A stretch of DNA of 63,976 bases, the filler included, from Reticulomyxa filosa (lineage: Eukaryota; Protista; Foraminifera), in the NCBI GenBank assembly GCA_000512085.1. It is 20 parts of 20 records of this genome, joined end to end, with 100 filler letters (N's around TTAATTAATTAA, not from the genome) between each part and the next. Parts side by side here need not be neighbours in the genome. Positions count along the whole stretch, not along the records: positions 1 to 16,345 come from ASPP01000892.1; positions 16,446 to 17,958 come from ASPP01022152.1; positions 18,059 to 19,330 come from ASPP01026153.1; positions 19,431 to 20,469 come from ASPP01020466.1; positions 20,570 to 21,750 come from ASPP01010225.1; positions 21,851 to 25,466 come from ASPP01027403.1; positions 25,567 to 26,724 come from ASPP01009824.1; 13 more parts are not named here. One strand, given 5' to 3'. Positions 12,739-25,647 of this stretch are shown piece after piece. The position numbers and the translations under genes are program-made. Under the pieces are notes generated by a model, which saw only the letters and a program-made list of their open reading frames with translations, searched no databases and had not been told where the DNA came from. Position 1 is the stretch's first letter; each line of letters opens with the position of its first letter.

Positions 12739-14590
12739 TTAATTGTCGTCAGCCTCGACTTCACTTTCTCCACTATCATCACTTTCAGCAACGAGTGTGT
12801 ATATTCTTTCTCTACCTGCATCCACCACTTGTGTTTTCCATAACAACGCTCTTCGTTGGCCTCGAATTCGACCAGTGAGAGTACCCACGCCAAAGAGTGC
12901 ACTACTATACAACAAGCTGACAAGGATTTCGCTGACAGGCGACGATATTTTGTGAGTGGACCCCAGACAACGTTGAATAATGCCAGTGGCATCCATAAAC
13001 TTTCGAGTCCATCGATTAAACCAGCCATCGTTGGTATTGTCTTTGTCTACCAGCTGTCCATACGCATGCAACACCACTAAAAAGCTGCAAAACATTCCCC
13101 CAAAGAACAGCGCACGAGACTGAGATCGAGCGACATTGACTTCTTGGTCGACCACATGTTGCAATAGAAGACGTTTTTTCGACTCACATTCTTCTGGACG
13201 TTGGCAAAACACTACCCCAAACACGTTTGAAAGTTGCAATTTCTCACTCATTATTTCAAATGGTTTCAGCAAGTCATCGTGTTTTTGTTCTCCCAAAATC
13301 AGAACATTACTGCGTTCCGCAACGCCTAATGATTAAGATATACCATACATATTCATATCAATGAGCAAAAATAAAAGGGATCCTTTTTTAAAAAACTCAA
13401 ATAAAGAGAGAACCTGTCAATTTGACCCGGAAATCACCCACTTGATATTTGTCCGAGTTATTGTTGGCATAGCTGTAGCTTCGTTGTTGCGTGAGCAAAC
13501 TCGAATCGAATGCCTTTGGAGCATTTGCAACTGAGTTTCGACCATTGGCTTCATCCGCGCCATGCGAATTGGGACGATCCTTTGTTTTTATGTCGGTCCC
13601 CGACTCATCGAAATGCATCAACGTTTCTTGAGTCACTAATCTTTCTTCTTGCTTTCTTGCCATTTGCTGGTTCCAATGTTCCGAAAACTCAAAGTAAAAA
13701 TATTTGTCGGATTCGCTGTATACCCCCGTCAACACCGTGCCATCTTCTGTCCGATACTGCAAGCTGCTTGGTTCAATTGCTTCGACTCCGTTCTCCAATG
13801 ATAACAAATAGTCTATTATTCCGCCCCCCCCCCCTCTCATTCCATTCTATTTCATTCCGAACAACAGTATCACATTTTTTTGTAAACAAACAAACAAAAA
13901 GACCTTTGATATCCGTTCGCGAAATGACAAAGTCATTGATAATATATCCATCCCTTGGGAGCTGCAGTCGGCTTTGCAATGGATTTATTTGTTCGTCTGT
14001 GTTTGTGGAGAGATTATGAGACGACCAGACCTTTTTTTTTTTTTTAAAAAAAAATACATTTACATCCACATTTAATGACACCCCCCCCCTTTTTTTTTTC
14101 ATTTCCTTTACTTTCATACATTTAACAAAAAAAAAAAAACAAACAAAACTTTGGCAGAACTTTCACCCCTTGGACCTGATGAGTTATTTGTGTTGCTGGG
14201 CTTCCATTGCAAAAATTCAATGTGCTCTTGTATCCACAGATAGCGCTTGTCTGTTTTAAATTGAAATATACTCTGGAGTTGACTCCCTTGCTTTAGTTCA
14301 CCACATGTCAATACTCGACGATTTGTGGTGCTTCCGGAAGGCCCTGAAGCTTCTGTTGCCTTGGATTTATTTTGTTTGTATTCTGTTTTGTTCATTTTTT
14401 ATTTTTTTTTTTGAATAGCTATTCATGGTCAAATACACTTCTCCATCCTTACTGATTCTAACGACTGCAGTATTATGGATTCCTTTTCACTGTGCTCTGT
14501 TTCACTGGCATGTAAACCACCAACACAAATCAATGGTAGAGAAAGACCAAAAACTACAACACTGATTTGATTCGCTGTCGACGCGGACAT
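12739..14590 (-). CDS. Hypothetical multi-exon protein
   Basis: A chain of coding-like exons (14590-14437, ~14355-14150, ~14030-13900, ~13812-13420, ~13325-12739) separated by homopolymer-rich GT-AG introns. No family confidently recognised. Confidence 0.5.
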
Positions 14591-14943
14591 ATCACATGAC
14601 CTGCCACAAAAAAACTCTATTCTAAAGTTCAAAACCTTCTCAACAGCAAAAAAAAAAAAAGCAGCTACGATGCGATTGCTTACTGTTTCAGCAACAAATC
14701 AAATATACTTAGTGTAACTATGTAATTGCACAGACACAATCTTTCAACTCGTGCTTTCAATACCTTTGTGATCGCTATTCTGGACGAACAAGCAAAAAAA
14801 TGTTAATATATTCAGCTTTTTGAAAATCTTTTTTTCAAACTGAGTGTTTTCCAGAATTTTCACAACTGCGAAACTTCATAGAGGAAGCCCCCCATTTCTG
14901 ACATGTTTCGTGATTAGGTAATATCAGGTGAAAATTGTTCAGT

Positions 14944-16263
14944 ATGTATACGAATACTAACTGTAAACGGCTTTTGGACTATTATTTTGTGGTAAGTTGC
15001 AGTGATGGTGGCAAAGAACAAATCAAGCGTAAACTGAAGCACAGATCACTAGCAACAGAAAACCAAACAGTCCCTCGTTTTGCCTCGTTTGCATTGAAGC
15101 CCAAAATTGTGGATCGATATCCGGCAAAAGACTATCCAAATACACCGTTGTTACCATGGGTCGCACGAGTTTAGAGACAATGAAAAAAAAATAAAACAAA
15201 CAAACAAAAAAAAAAAGAGAGCATAAAAATGTATGCTTTTAAATCGATTATGCAACGACATAGGCGAGCATGCCAAGAGGCGCTCGAGCACGCACTCGTC
15301 CTCCTCCTCCGCTATTTTTTACATTCACTGGATGGAACAGTGATGGTTCAAAGCTCTATGGGGCTGGCTTAGAAGTGTTTGAGAAACTGCAGGATTTAAC
15401 AGTTCTTTTTTTTTGTACAAAAAAAAAAAAAAGGGGGGGGGAGGGAGAAAAGGGGGAAGAGGAATGAAGAAATTTGTAGGACAAAGGGAGGACAAAAAAA
15501 ACATAAACACAAACATATACATATATATAAATCAAATACCACAAACACACAGAACCAAGTAGAAGATGTATACGTGCCTAAAGCGTTGGCATTTGTTTCA
15601 CATTATCCATATTTCTTTGCGTTTGACGTATTTTTAAGGTCAAAGAAACAACACACTCTTTTTTTTTTTTTTTTTTTATTAGAAAAAAAATTGGAGAATT
15701 ACAAAAAAAAAAAAAACTAAGATGTTTATGGCATGTCATTCCAAAGAAATTAATTCGATTGGAAGATCTTTTGATGCATTATTTTTATGATATTCCTGCT
15801 CCTGCACCACGCAAGAAAGTTTGTGTCTTTTGTGGAATCGCTCTTTCTTCTCTCTTATCTTACCTTATCTTCTCCTTGACCATTTACAAATTCGTCACCT
15901 TATCTTTTGTATTGGCTCCTTCCAAACAAACGAACAAAACAATGCAATATACGATGAACTGACAATAAAAAACAAAACAAACAAACAAAAAAGATCGCTT
16001 ATGATTTGGGACGAATGAAAGTACTATTGGCGTGTCCAAATGAATTTGATGTTCCAATCATGGAGTTGTCAAGTGAAGTATTGTACACTCAACTCAGCAG
16101 AGATCGTATATTCATGGCAGTCAAACTATTGCTTTTGGAGTCGAGAGTCATGATTGTGTCCGCGGAATTGCATAACCTGACGCCCATTTGTGAGCTTTTG
16201 ACCTCTCTTATCTTCCCTTTACGATGGAAACATTTGTATAATCCTCAACTTTGCAGAACTATG
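14944..16263 (+). CDS. DENN-domain Rab GEF, multi-exon, 3' partial (contig ends)
   Basis: uDENN LLDYYFVV..IVDRYPAKDYPNTPL; FFTFTGWNSDGSKLYGAGLEVFE; YVPKALAFVSHYPYFFAF; cDENN LLLLESRVMIVSAELHNLTPICELLTSLIFPLRWKHLYNPQL. Confidence 0.85.
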
Positions 16264-16345
16264 GTTTGTCGCTTATGTTCTTTTTTTTTTTTTTTTTTTT
16301 TTTGGGGGGAGGGAATGACAAAAAAAAAAAAACAAACTATACAAT

Positions 16346-16445
16346 NNNNNNNNNNNNNNNNNNNNNNNNNNNNNNNNNNNNNNNNNNNNTTAATTAATTA
16401 ANNNNNNNNNNNNNNNNNNNNNNNNNNNNNNNNNNNNNNNNNNNN
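16346..16445. other. Artificial contig-joining linker N44-TTAATTAATTAA-N44 (first of 19)
   Basis: Identical 100-bp spacers with stops in all six frames start at 16346, 17959, 19331, 20470, 21751, 25467, 26725, 36505, 39027, 40330, 41527, 42659, 45057, 47370, 49477, 51545, 59859, 61672 and 62871. Confidence 0.98.
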
Positions 16446-16699
16446 TCTTTGTCTTTGTTTCTGTTTTCACCACAATCTTGCTGACGACGAAAATTATTGT
16501 TAATAATCGAAGATTAACTTCGAACTTCTTTCAGATACTGCTAGATGTTGCAGTATCTAGTTGTCATGTGCTTGTACTCCTTCAAAATACAACTTTTTTT
16601 TCAAAAGTTTATCTAGATGATGAATGATTTTTTTTTGGATCTTTTTGAGATACTGAAGTATCTTGAAGTTTACACATGTTCCAACAAATTTTCACTTAG

Positions 16700-17958
16700 A
16701 ACGTGTCGATGACCTGATATAGTTTTTTTTGAATTGAAATTAACATTCCAGTGGAAAGAAAGTCGACAATATTTTGTAGTTTTTATATGAATACTCAAAA
16801 AATAGGTCATCAAGAAGAAGATGAAATTGATCATATTCATGCAATTGTCTGTTCAATTTGGATGCATTTGAATAAAATCAAAGAAGCAATATATTATATT
16901 TTAATTAGTGGAGATTGGAATGTACATCGTTCTGATGGTTTGACAATGACATTGAGCAAATAACATTCCAGCACCAGATTGTTATATATGATCGTGGCTA
17001 AAGACGTAACTGTATTCAAAGAAACACTTACAGGATTGTGGAAATTGTTGAAAGACCTAAGTCCAAGTTTTCTATAAGATTATATTCAATGATGCAATTG
17101 GAGCTGCAGTATTCAAGATATTAGAAGACTGCGATATTAGGATATGAACGACCACAAGAACATTGAAGACACTTATTTTTTTTTTTTTTTGTAATGTTGT
17201 TTGTTGTTTACTTTTTGTATTGCAGTGTGTACTTAGTACTGTACTAATTTTGGGTGAGATGCTTGTTCACATTGTTTTTCTTTATGAATTCAACAGCAAC
17301 ATTTTATGCCGAAAGCAGTATCCAAGTGATTTATTTCAATGTGATTCGCAAAACAAGAAAAAAGCTTGACAAGGAAGATGCATTCCTGAAGAAAAAGGCA
17401 TCTCATTCCAATTAATGGACCTTAAAAACCAAAGAAGAGGACTAAAAGAAATAATAACGATCAAAGGCTGCAAAATAAAAAATCATGCGATCAGATCCAT
17501 GATCAGCAGTCTATTAATTCCAGAATAACATCAACGGATTTAGAATGGATGGAATTCAATACTGGTGTTCCTCAAGGATCTGCTTTATCCACATTATTGT
17601 TCCTATTATATATTAATGACCTACCGACAGTGATCCATCGGCCTATTAATGTGGCATGTTCGCTGATGACGTGACATTGTGGACATCAATATTTACAAGT
17701 GATGTTAACGAGATGGTAAGTATCTTGGATTGTTCCTTAATTCACATATGACGTATTCCAAGCATGTTAATTACGTATACGGCAAGGCAGCAAGGAAAAT
17801 TGGATATTTGACATACTTATGCTCATACAAAGGAGTCAGACCAAGTTTGTCTACGTAAAATCTATTATACAAGACTATCATCCGTCCGAGTCTCGAGTAT
17901 GCATCAGCATTTTAGAATGGTGCGGCAGACACTCATAAGGGGCGATTAGAAAGGATAC
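16700..17958 (+). mobile_element. Degenerate non-LTR (LINE) retrotransposon: APE endonuclease and reverse transcriptase remnants
   Basis: ILISGDWNVH (~16898-16927, APE GDxN motif); GVPQGSALSTLLFLLYINDLP from 17564; MFADDV at 17656-17673; KYLGLFL-like remnant; LLYKTIIRPSLEYASAF*NG at ~17860-17920. Stops and large internal deletions. Confidence 0.88.
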
Positions 17959-18058
17959 NNNNNNNNNNNNNNNNNNNNNNNNNNNNNNNNNNNNNNNNNN
18001 NNTTAATTAATTAANNNNNNNNNNNNNNNNNNNNNNNNNNNNNNNNNNNNNNNNNNNN

Positions 18059-18865
18059 ACAAAACCATTCGTTTTTGGGATTTCAAACAAAATAAGGAAT
18101 TACAAATATTCAATGGACATAATGGTAGTGTTAATGGAATTGAATTTTCACCATTTAATGGTGGTAGATATTTGTGTTCTGGATCATATGACAAAACTAT
18201 TCGTTTATGGGATATTGAAACATCAAAATCATTACATGTTTTTAATGGACATGAAAGTGCTGTTTGGTGTGTTGATATTTCACCATTACAAAGCAATAAC
18301 AAAAATGAAAATAATAATAATAATAAAAATGAATAATATTGGTGTGATTGGTGGAAATGGATATACAATTTGTTCTGGATCATATGGTAATATCATTCGA
18401 ATATGGGATATTGAAACAACCAAACAATTCAATGTATTCGAAGAACATACAGATATTGTGAGGAGTGTAAAATATGGATCAAATGAATTGATAAATACAA
18501 TATTATCTGGATCATATGATAAAAGTGTTCGTTTGTGGGATATTCGATCTGGTAAACAAATTCAAGTGTTCAATGGACATACAAATTGGGTATGGTCTGT
18601 TGAATATTCACCATTTGTGATAAAGAATAGCAGTGGTAATCCAAATGTGATATGTTCTGGTTCATGGGATAATACAATTCGTTTTTGGGATACTCGATCA
18701 AATAAGAATGAATTATATATGATTAAAGGAGATTATAAAAAAGATCGTGAAATATGTTGTCTTAAATTTATTAAATTGAAAAAGAAAGAGAAAACAAAGA
18801 ATATTACATATGATTTGAATTTGTGTTATGGTTCACTTAAAGGTCCCATTTGTATTTGGGGATAA
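18059..18865 (+). CDS. WD40-repeat protein, 5' partial, one frameshift near 18327
   Basis: KTIRFWD..FNGHNGSVNGIEFSPFNGGRYLCSGSYDKTIRLWDIETSKSLHVFNGH..(frameshift)IGVIGGNGYTICSGSY..LSGSYDKSVRLWDIRSGKQIQVFNGHTNWVWSVEYSPF..ICIWG*. Confidence 0.88.
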   Translation, partial: TKPFVFGISNKIRNYKYSMDIMVVLMELNFHHLMVVDICVLDHMTKLFVYGILKHQNHYMFLMDMKVLFGVLIFHHYKAITKMKIIIIIKMNNIGVIGGNGYTICSGSYGNIIRIWDIETTKQFNVFEEHTDIVRSVKYGSNELINTILSGSYDKSVRLWDIRSGKQIQVFNGHTNWVWSVEYSPFVIKNSSGNPNVICSGSWDNTIRFWDTRSNKNELYMIKGDYKKDREICCLKFIKLKKKEKTKNITYDLNLCYGSLKGPICIWG

Positions 18866-19430
18866 TTTACTGTTTGGTTGAATAAAAAATGAAAATATGT
18901 TTTGTTTGAAAATTTTGATTAAAAGAAAGTGAGCTTATATTAAACTTGTTTTAGTTGGTTGAACGCAAGCATTGAAAGATGTGTTTTATCTTACTTTGTT
19001 TAAAAAATTTGAAAAGTTGTGTTCAAAGAGTACTGAAGAAATAGCTTGAACAAAGCAATTGTAACATGTTAGTTGTACATCATCATTGCTGATTCAGAAT
19101 GTAATTTATACTTTTACAAAACAATAAAAAAAGAAATACAATACAAGTATCACTTTTGATTGCAAAACAAAATAATGCTAGACCATCGCTCAAGATAACA
19201 TATAGTTGACCAGAATGTGGACAATTATAAAGGCAATGTTCTTTTAATTCAGAACATGTTAATTCCTGTGAAAGATAATCATTACCAATGTTTTTATCCA
19301 ATCAGATACTACTTTAATCACATCAATGACNNNNNNNNNNNNNNNNNNNNNNNNNNNNNNNNNNNNNNNNNNNNTTAATTAATTAANNNNNNNNNNNNNN
19401 NNNNNNNNNNNNNNNNNNNNNNNNNNNNNN

Positions 19431-19466
<36 letters not shown>

Positions 19467-20401
19467 AACCTGCATCCCGAAGACTTGGACGGGAGTTTGT
19501 TGTGGGAAGGAGGAACATTGGGATGGAAGTCGAACAGACCGGCCTTGTCTTTTGTCGAGTTTTTGTTGAGTAGGAAGATGTTCGTCGCGGTGGCGGCTTT
19601 GCGGTGATGAATCTCGCGATGATCGCGATGATCGCGAATACGATCATTGCGCCCAGCAGTAGTGGCGATCTGACGCTGCGTCTTGCGTGCACAATGGAGA
19701 CAAAGCTTATTTGAGGGACGAGAGTGCAGTCCCGATTGCACGCGACACGTGCATGCGTGTCGCAGTGTTGTCATGTTCCTGGGAGCAGTCAACGCCAATA
19801 TATTTGCCTTGTCAGCATTTGATTGCCATGTTTTGAGTATATCTTCCTCTTCCTCTTCTTCCTCCTTTCTCTTTTTATTTTTCATTTCCATGTCGATATC
19901 CATATCCATATCAACATCCATGTTCTTGTTCATGTTCATGTTCATGTTCATATTCATATTCACATCGTCACTACCATTGGCACTGACGTTGTTGTTGTTG
20001 TTGTCGTTGTCTTCCTCACTATTGTTTTCCAACGACAATATGGACAAACGTTTCAACACGAGTTCCGATTCCATCGACTTTTCATCTGCACCGGCGTACA
20101 GTGCATTGCGATTGTAGTTTGCATTGCTTTTTATGTTTGGATTTTGATTCTCCTGTTCCAGTTCGAAAAACAGGTCCGACCCTTCGTTCATCATCGCTTC
20201 AACACCTGTGTTCGAATTCGAAAATAATAAACGACGAGTCACAATATCACTACTCGTCTCCGACGAACTAAATCCTGAATTTGTTGACAGCTCTGTCAAT
20301 AGTGGGCACGGAGGAGAGTGAGATCGCACATTGCTCAAACTTTTGTTCGGACTTTCTCTATCCCAACAAAAACAACAATTTGCTTCATGTGCAAAATTCA
20401 A
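19431..20401 (-). CDS. Low-complexity hypothetical protein fragment (poly-N, MN/MD dipeptide, poly-E tracts)
   Basis: Open frame of ~300 codons filling the contig, bounded by intron-like homopolymer flanks. No known domain. Confidence 0.45.
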
Positions 20402-21851
20402 TTATAACATAAAAAGTTTAAGTCCATCTTTTTTTTTTTTTTTTTTTTTTCCCCCCCCCCCCCCCCCCCNNNNNNNNNNNNNNNNNNNNNNNNNNNNNNN
20501 NNNNNNNNNNNNNTTAATTAATTAANNNNNNNNNNNNNNNNNNNNNNNNNNNNNNNNNNNNNNNNNNNNTTCTTTCTTCTTTCTTCCTTCTTCCTTCTTC
20601 TTTCTTCCTTCTTCCTTCTTCCTTCTTCTACTTTCTTCATTCTCACTTCTTCCCGTTTCTGTCTCTTTCCTCTTTATCTAATCAAAACCTAAAATAAAAT
20701 ACTGTACAATAAAGAATCCATGTTCAAATTGATTTTTTTAAATATATATTACAACAAATGAAAATATGATAAAAATAAAATATATTTACACAAACCTTCG
20801 AATATAGCTTCTCTCCATCGCGTTGATTGATACTTGTTTCTGCAAATATCAATTGGATTAATTTGATGACGACGATGACGACGATATTAAGCAACTGGAC
20901 GCCATGTTAATTAATTTATTGATTTTTTCACTACGATCGCTTCGTGGGGACATAACTTGGAAGAGGCCAACATGTGTAATCAGGAGCAAGAGCAGCTTGA
21001 GCATTTGAAAATAGTACAAATGCCATTTGTTATCCACGATAAATGACAACAATGCTTCCAAATCTTGAGCATGAGCATAGTCCAAAAATGCAATACGTAT
21101 ACGCCACCACATTTACTTGGCCCAATGACAAGTCCTTTGGATTGATGTCTTGCTTTTTTTAATCCACATACGCAGGAGAAGGACCAGACCATAACGTTCA
21201 AACTATTGTGAGTGGAGTGGGGGAGGGGGAGGGGGAGAGAGAGAGTGGTGTGGTGGAGTTGAAGATGATGCCGTTCACTTTAGTGGATGTCTGTCCCCAA
21301 TCACTTCAACTAGCTGTATGGATACGATTATATCTGTTACGCTAGTGAATTTCTTTTTGGTGACGATGTTGAACATGATAATTGAGACCTCCAGGTTGAA
21401 CATTGAAAATTGCTACCGAGGTAAAACTGCTGCCATTGATAGTCTTGATATCGTTATTGGTCCCAGGAACAGATTGTCATATTGGACGCAGAGTTTGTGG
21501 CCACTTGATAGAATGTCGTAATATTGCTGGTACTTTGCATAGCGAAATGAGAATATCGAGCACAGGTACAACCATATGATATTCATTGATAGGCACTAAC
21601 GATATTTGCCTACAATCACTTCTTCATTGCAACCGGTTCAAGTTTTTGGAGAAGTAGCTCCAACAAAAAAAAATAACAAATATTTCAATAATTTTTTTCT
21701 TTGTTCTTTTTTTTTTTTCTTTTTTTTTCTTTTTTTCTTTTTTTCCTTTTNNNNNNNNNNNNNNNNNNNNNNNNNNNNNNNNNNNNNNNNNNNNTTAATT
21801 AATTAANNNNNNNNNNNNNNNNNNNNNNNNNNNNNNNNNNNNNNNNNNNNA

Positions 21852-22212
21852 GATGCTGCAACAGGGAAAATGCTCCAAACATTGATAGGACATTCAGATG
21901 TTGTGATGATAGCACAATTTTCTTCTGATGACCAAAAAAATTTTGTTTCGTGCTCATGGGATGATATAATTCGAATATGGAGTGTAAAATTGGGACATGA
22001 GACGCAAAAATTGGTAAATATTCCGATTTAATATATGGTGTAACGGTTGTGTCTGCATCGTGTGATAAAACCCTTCGATTGTGGAATATAAGGTTACGAC
22101 ATGAAACACAGAAATTAGAATGGCATGCTCACTTTGTAACAGGAGTGGATATTTCCGTGAATGGATGGTAAAATTGTCTATCTTCTTTTGACGGAACAAT
22201 CAGATTGTGGGA
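21852..22212 (+). pseudogene. Decayed WD40-repeat fragment
   Basis: DAATGKMLQTLIGHSDVVMIAQFSSDDQK(frameshift)FVSCSWDDIIRIWSV..VVSASCDKTLRLWNI..DGTIRLW, with frameshifts. Confidence 0.7.
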
Positions 22213-22384
22213 ATAAACACATATTTTTAAATTTAAAAACATTTGGGATTCTTCTGTTTGGAAGGTGAAGGACCCAAATAAAAAAGTAAATTATTTGTTG
22301 ATATTTTGGACATGCTTTAAGCAACCAAAGCCGAGCGTACTTTTTTACATTGCCGTCATTTTAAATTTAAAAATCGGACTCGCT

Positions 22385-25319
22385 TTAATCGAATAATGAA
22401 CAAAAAACGTCATAAACAACAAAAGGAAATCCCAAAATAACATCATTGTTGGGATTGTCCTTTGAAGAGCAGATATGTTGCATAGTGACATAATACCATG
22501 CCAAAGCTTTGTATCTCATTTCCGATTGTATTTGAAAACATTTAGGAAAGAAATTATCATAAATCTCCTTAACAGTGGGATGAGCTTGTAAACAAAAACA
22601 CCGAAAGAACTCTGCACGGTACTTTTTTGTAATTTCACGACTCTCTTTGACCATTTTGGTGGCAATCTTGCGAGCTTTGTTTTCATGGACAAATGAACAA
22701 AATAAAGGCTTGTGTAAAAATATTTCAATTTCAGTGTTTACTTCATATCTAGTTTTGATTGATGCAATGTCTTTTTTATATTCGCGAAATACTCTTTCAG
22801 CATCTTTTTGATACTTTCGTAACGAACGATCAATGTCCACAGTTTCAACAAAGTCTCGAGGCAAAGTACTTTCCACCCAAGTCCAAGTGGCCTTCACATC
22901 ATTTAATCGTTTCATTTTTTCCGACATTTCATCGAGAAAGGCTCGACTGTTATTGTCTTTAAATATTTGATAGATTTTGTCCAAAGCCTTGTGGGTATAA
23001 ATGCCTTGTTTGTTTCGTTTTTGCATAAACAGTGGATAAGCGTCCAGGATTAAAGGAGTACCAAATCGTTTTTGGAATTGTCTTTTGGCAGATGACAAAT
23101 TGACCGGGACAGTAGTTTTCCGGAAGTCCACTGCAAGAGAGTGCAATGCAGCTAGTGCCAAACATTGGGGAGCATTGGCACCCTCCGGCAACAATGACGC
23201 ATAAGCTAAATGCGAGTGTGCCACCACACCTTCATTTTTATTTGTTTATTCAATTGTTGATTATGTATTGTTACTTAGTCCAGCAATTGATTTCATTTGA
23301 GATTAGTTCCTTTTTTTTTTTAAGGTTTGTTCAAGTGAACGGAAGAGATATACCAAGACAGTCATTGGACAAGTAATTGAGAAACAATTTTTTTAAGTCA
23401 GCAATTGTCACTTCCTCAACAGTTTCAACTTTCGGCCGACCAAGCAATAAGGGCTTTGCATTTTCTTCGACCACTGCCTCCAACAGTCGTTTTTCATAAA
23501 TCACTTGGTACACGTCACCGTCCAAGTCACTTCCCGACATCGTCTTTTCGAATACATAGAAAAAATTAAAGATGTTAGTCCACCACTATTTTAAACTTGG
23601 AGAGAAAAAAACAAAGTAAACCATTGGGGGTGGTATTGCTCCTTTCTGCGAGAAAACGACAACATTGCATAAGTGCTGCAACTGAAAGTGATTGACAGCC
23701 TTAAAGCGTCGCAAATCCCCTGGAGCTAGGCAAGGGCACTTGGTGACAAGGACGTCTCCGGTGATCACTTGACCACCAGTTTTGGTATTTGGGGTTTCGA
23801 TTTTCACAAAAATCTGGTCGTTCTCCAGCACACCATACTCGTCCATTACGCCGAGCAAAGTTGCGCCATCTCTGATAAAAATTCGCTGATGATCTCTTAT
23901 GTCGTTTACTTCGCTTTGGATTATTAGTCTTTTTTTTTTTTTTTTTTGGGGCATTTTTTCAATTTGTGCTATTTGTCCATGTATTTATCCCGGCCCGTGA
24001 GAAAGGAAGATTGAGGTGGGCAAGTGGAAAAAAAAGTACATACATTAATGCAATGGTAGATGTACGGAGTATTCCAACGGAATCCATTCTGCAGCAGTTG
24101 AAATAGCCCATACAAAGGAGACATGAGATCATGTTTCGGCATCTGTATACGTGTAACACGTAGAGATGTGTACGTATATAATGTAGACGTGTTTTGCAAA
24201 AAAAAAATAAAATAAAATAAAATACCAAACTCGAAGTTTGATTTGTTGTTTGGCAATAACGACGTCTTGTTTCATTGCATTTAACTTTTGAAAAATGTCA
24301 TCGGCAATTTCGACAATGGCTTCAGTTGCTTTGGTCTCCACACTGCGAGCTTCAAGTAGCGTGATAATCTGCCGATTCAAATACAATGGAGAAAAGGACG
24401 ACGCTCGACACACTTCAAACATAAAATGCTGTGTCGTCGGATGAAACTTGATCATCGACGGACGCAACTCCAAATCGCATTTTGTTTCCGGATGTTTGGT
24501 CACCATTCCTTTTATTCCTCGATATCGGATCTATTTTTTTTTTTTTGTTTGTTTCAAATATTTCCCTCTTTTTCCGAACAAAACAAATGATCCATCTTTT
24601 TTTTTAAAAAAAATTTTTTTTTTTTTTTTTTTTGCTAATGGTCCTCTCGCAAACTTGAAAAGCAGAAACAGTGCTGGGCAATCCAAGTTTTTTTGCAACT
24701 TTCTCGGCAAAAATGCTCGAAATGCGTCCGATGCCGTCGCTAAAGCATACTTCTTTCACTCGCTCCATTTGGACATTTCTGTGTTTGCATATGTTTTTGT
24801 TTGTCGATTGTTGGAAGACACAAATGCAACATATGCAAACATAACACGCAGCACGTATCGACAATTTGAACGAGATGAGTTGGAAAGGGATTGCGTTGTG
24901 TAAATTTGTATTTGATATCAGGAATTTCACCGACATTCTTTTTCATATACACATATATAAATGTATACGTACATGCGTATATAAATGTACATATGTACAT
25001 AAGTATATATATATATATATAATATATATATATATAATGAAAACAAAAAAAAAAAAAAAAATACACAAATAAATGGTATTGAAGTAACAGTAGTTTGGTG
25101 GGCATCGATAGTACTTGACCAACACTGACTGACACGAGACGCATAAGCGCCAGGGTGTTTGATCATAGAAAAGTCTCCCATTTCATTTCTTAAATCGGTA
25201 ACATTTTTGGGTAAGTTGCCTTGGAAATACATCCAGACGGAGTTGTTTTGCAGCTGCGATAAGCTGTGGATTAAATACTCGTACTTGCAGTTGCCAACGG
25301 CAATGCCGTCATCCAATTT
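22385..25319 (-). CDS. Cellular RNA-dependent RNA polymerase (QDE-1/RDR RNAi family), multi-exon, 5' partial
   Basis: Motifs occur in order across GT-AG introns: SLSQLQNNSVW, YASRVSQCWSST, CFSDGIGRIS, AFQ|IRYRGIKGMV, LRPSMIKF, YLNRQIITLL, LLGVMDEYGVLENDQIFV, VLVTKCPCLAPGDLRRFKAV, VVVFSQKG, catalytic MSGSDLDGDVYQVIYE, CLALAALHSLAVDFRKT, KALAWYYVT. Confidence 0.95.
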
Positions 25320-25647
25320 CTATATCCAAAAGATTTCACTTTTGGGATCATGCAAAAGGAACAAAGAAAAAAAAAAGAAGAACAAATTATGATTGTAAAC
25401 AAATAGATCTTCCTTCTTTGAAATTTTTTTTTTTTTTTTAGACAAAAAAAAAAAAAAAAAAAAAAANNNNNNNNNNNNNNNNNNNNNNNNNNNNNNNNNN
25501 NNNNNNNNNNTTAATTAATTAANNNNNNNNNNNNNNNNNNNNNNNNNNNNNNNNNNNNNNNNNNNNGTACATAATGTGTATGTATGTATACGTATACCGT
25601 GTACATTCATATGTTACTATTGTTTTGTATGAACACTCCCATATTAG

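Noticed and set aside
16390-16401. Recurrent TTAATTAATTAA as a CRISPR-like or biological repeat
   Set aside because: Always centred in exactly 44+44 Ns; it is an artificial six-frame-stop linker.
19083-19330. TRAF-type zinc-finger fragment (ELKEHCLYNCP)
   Set aside because: Too short and truncated by the contig end to support a call.
20570-21750. Possible gene on this contig
   Set aside because: Coding-like composition, but every frame is interrupted and no motif was recognised. Also contains a simple TTCC/TTC repeat at 20570-20640.
22385-25319. Endogenous RNA virus polymerase
   Set aside because: The DLDGD double-psi-barrel motif and spliceosomal introns identify the cellular RNAi RdRP family, not a viral GDD polymerase.
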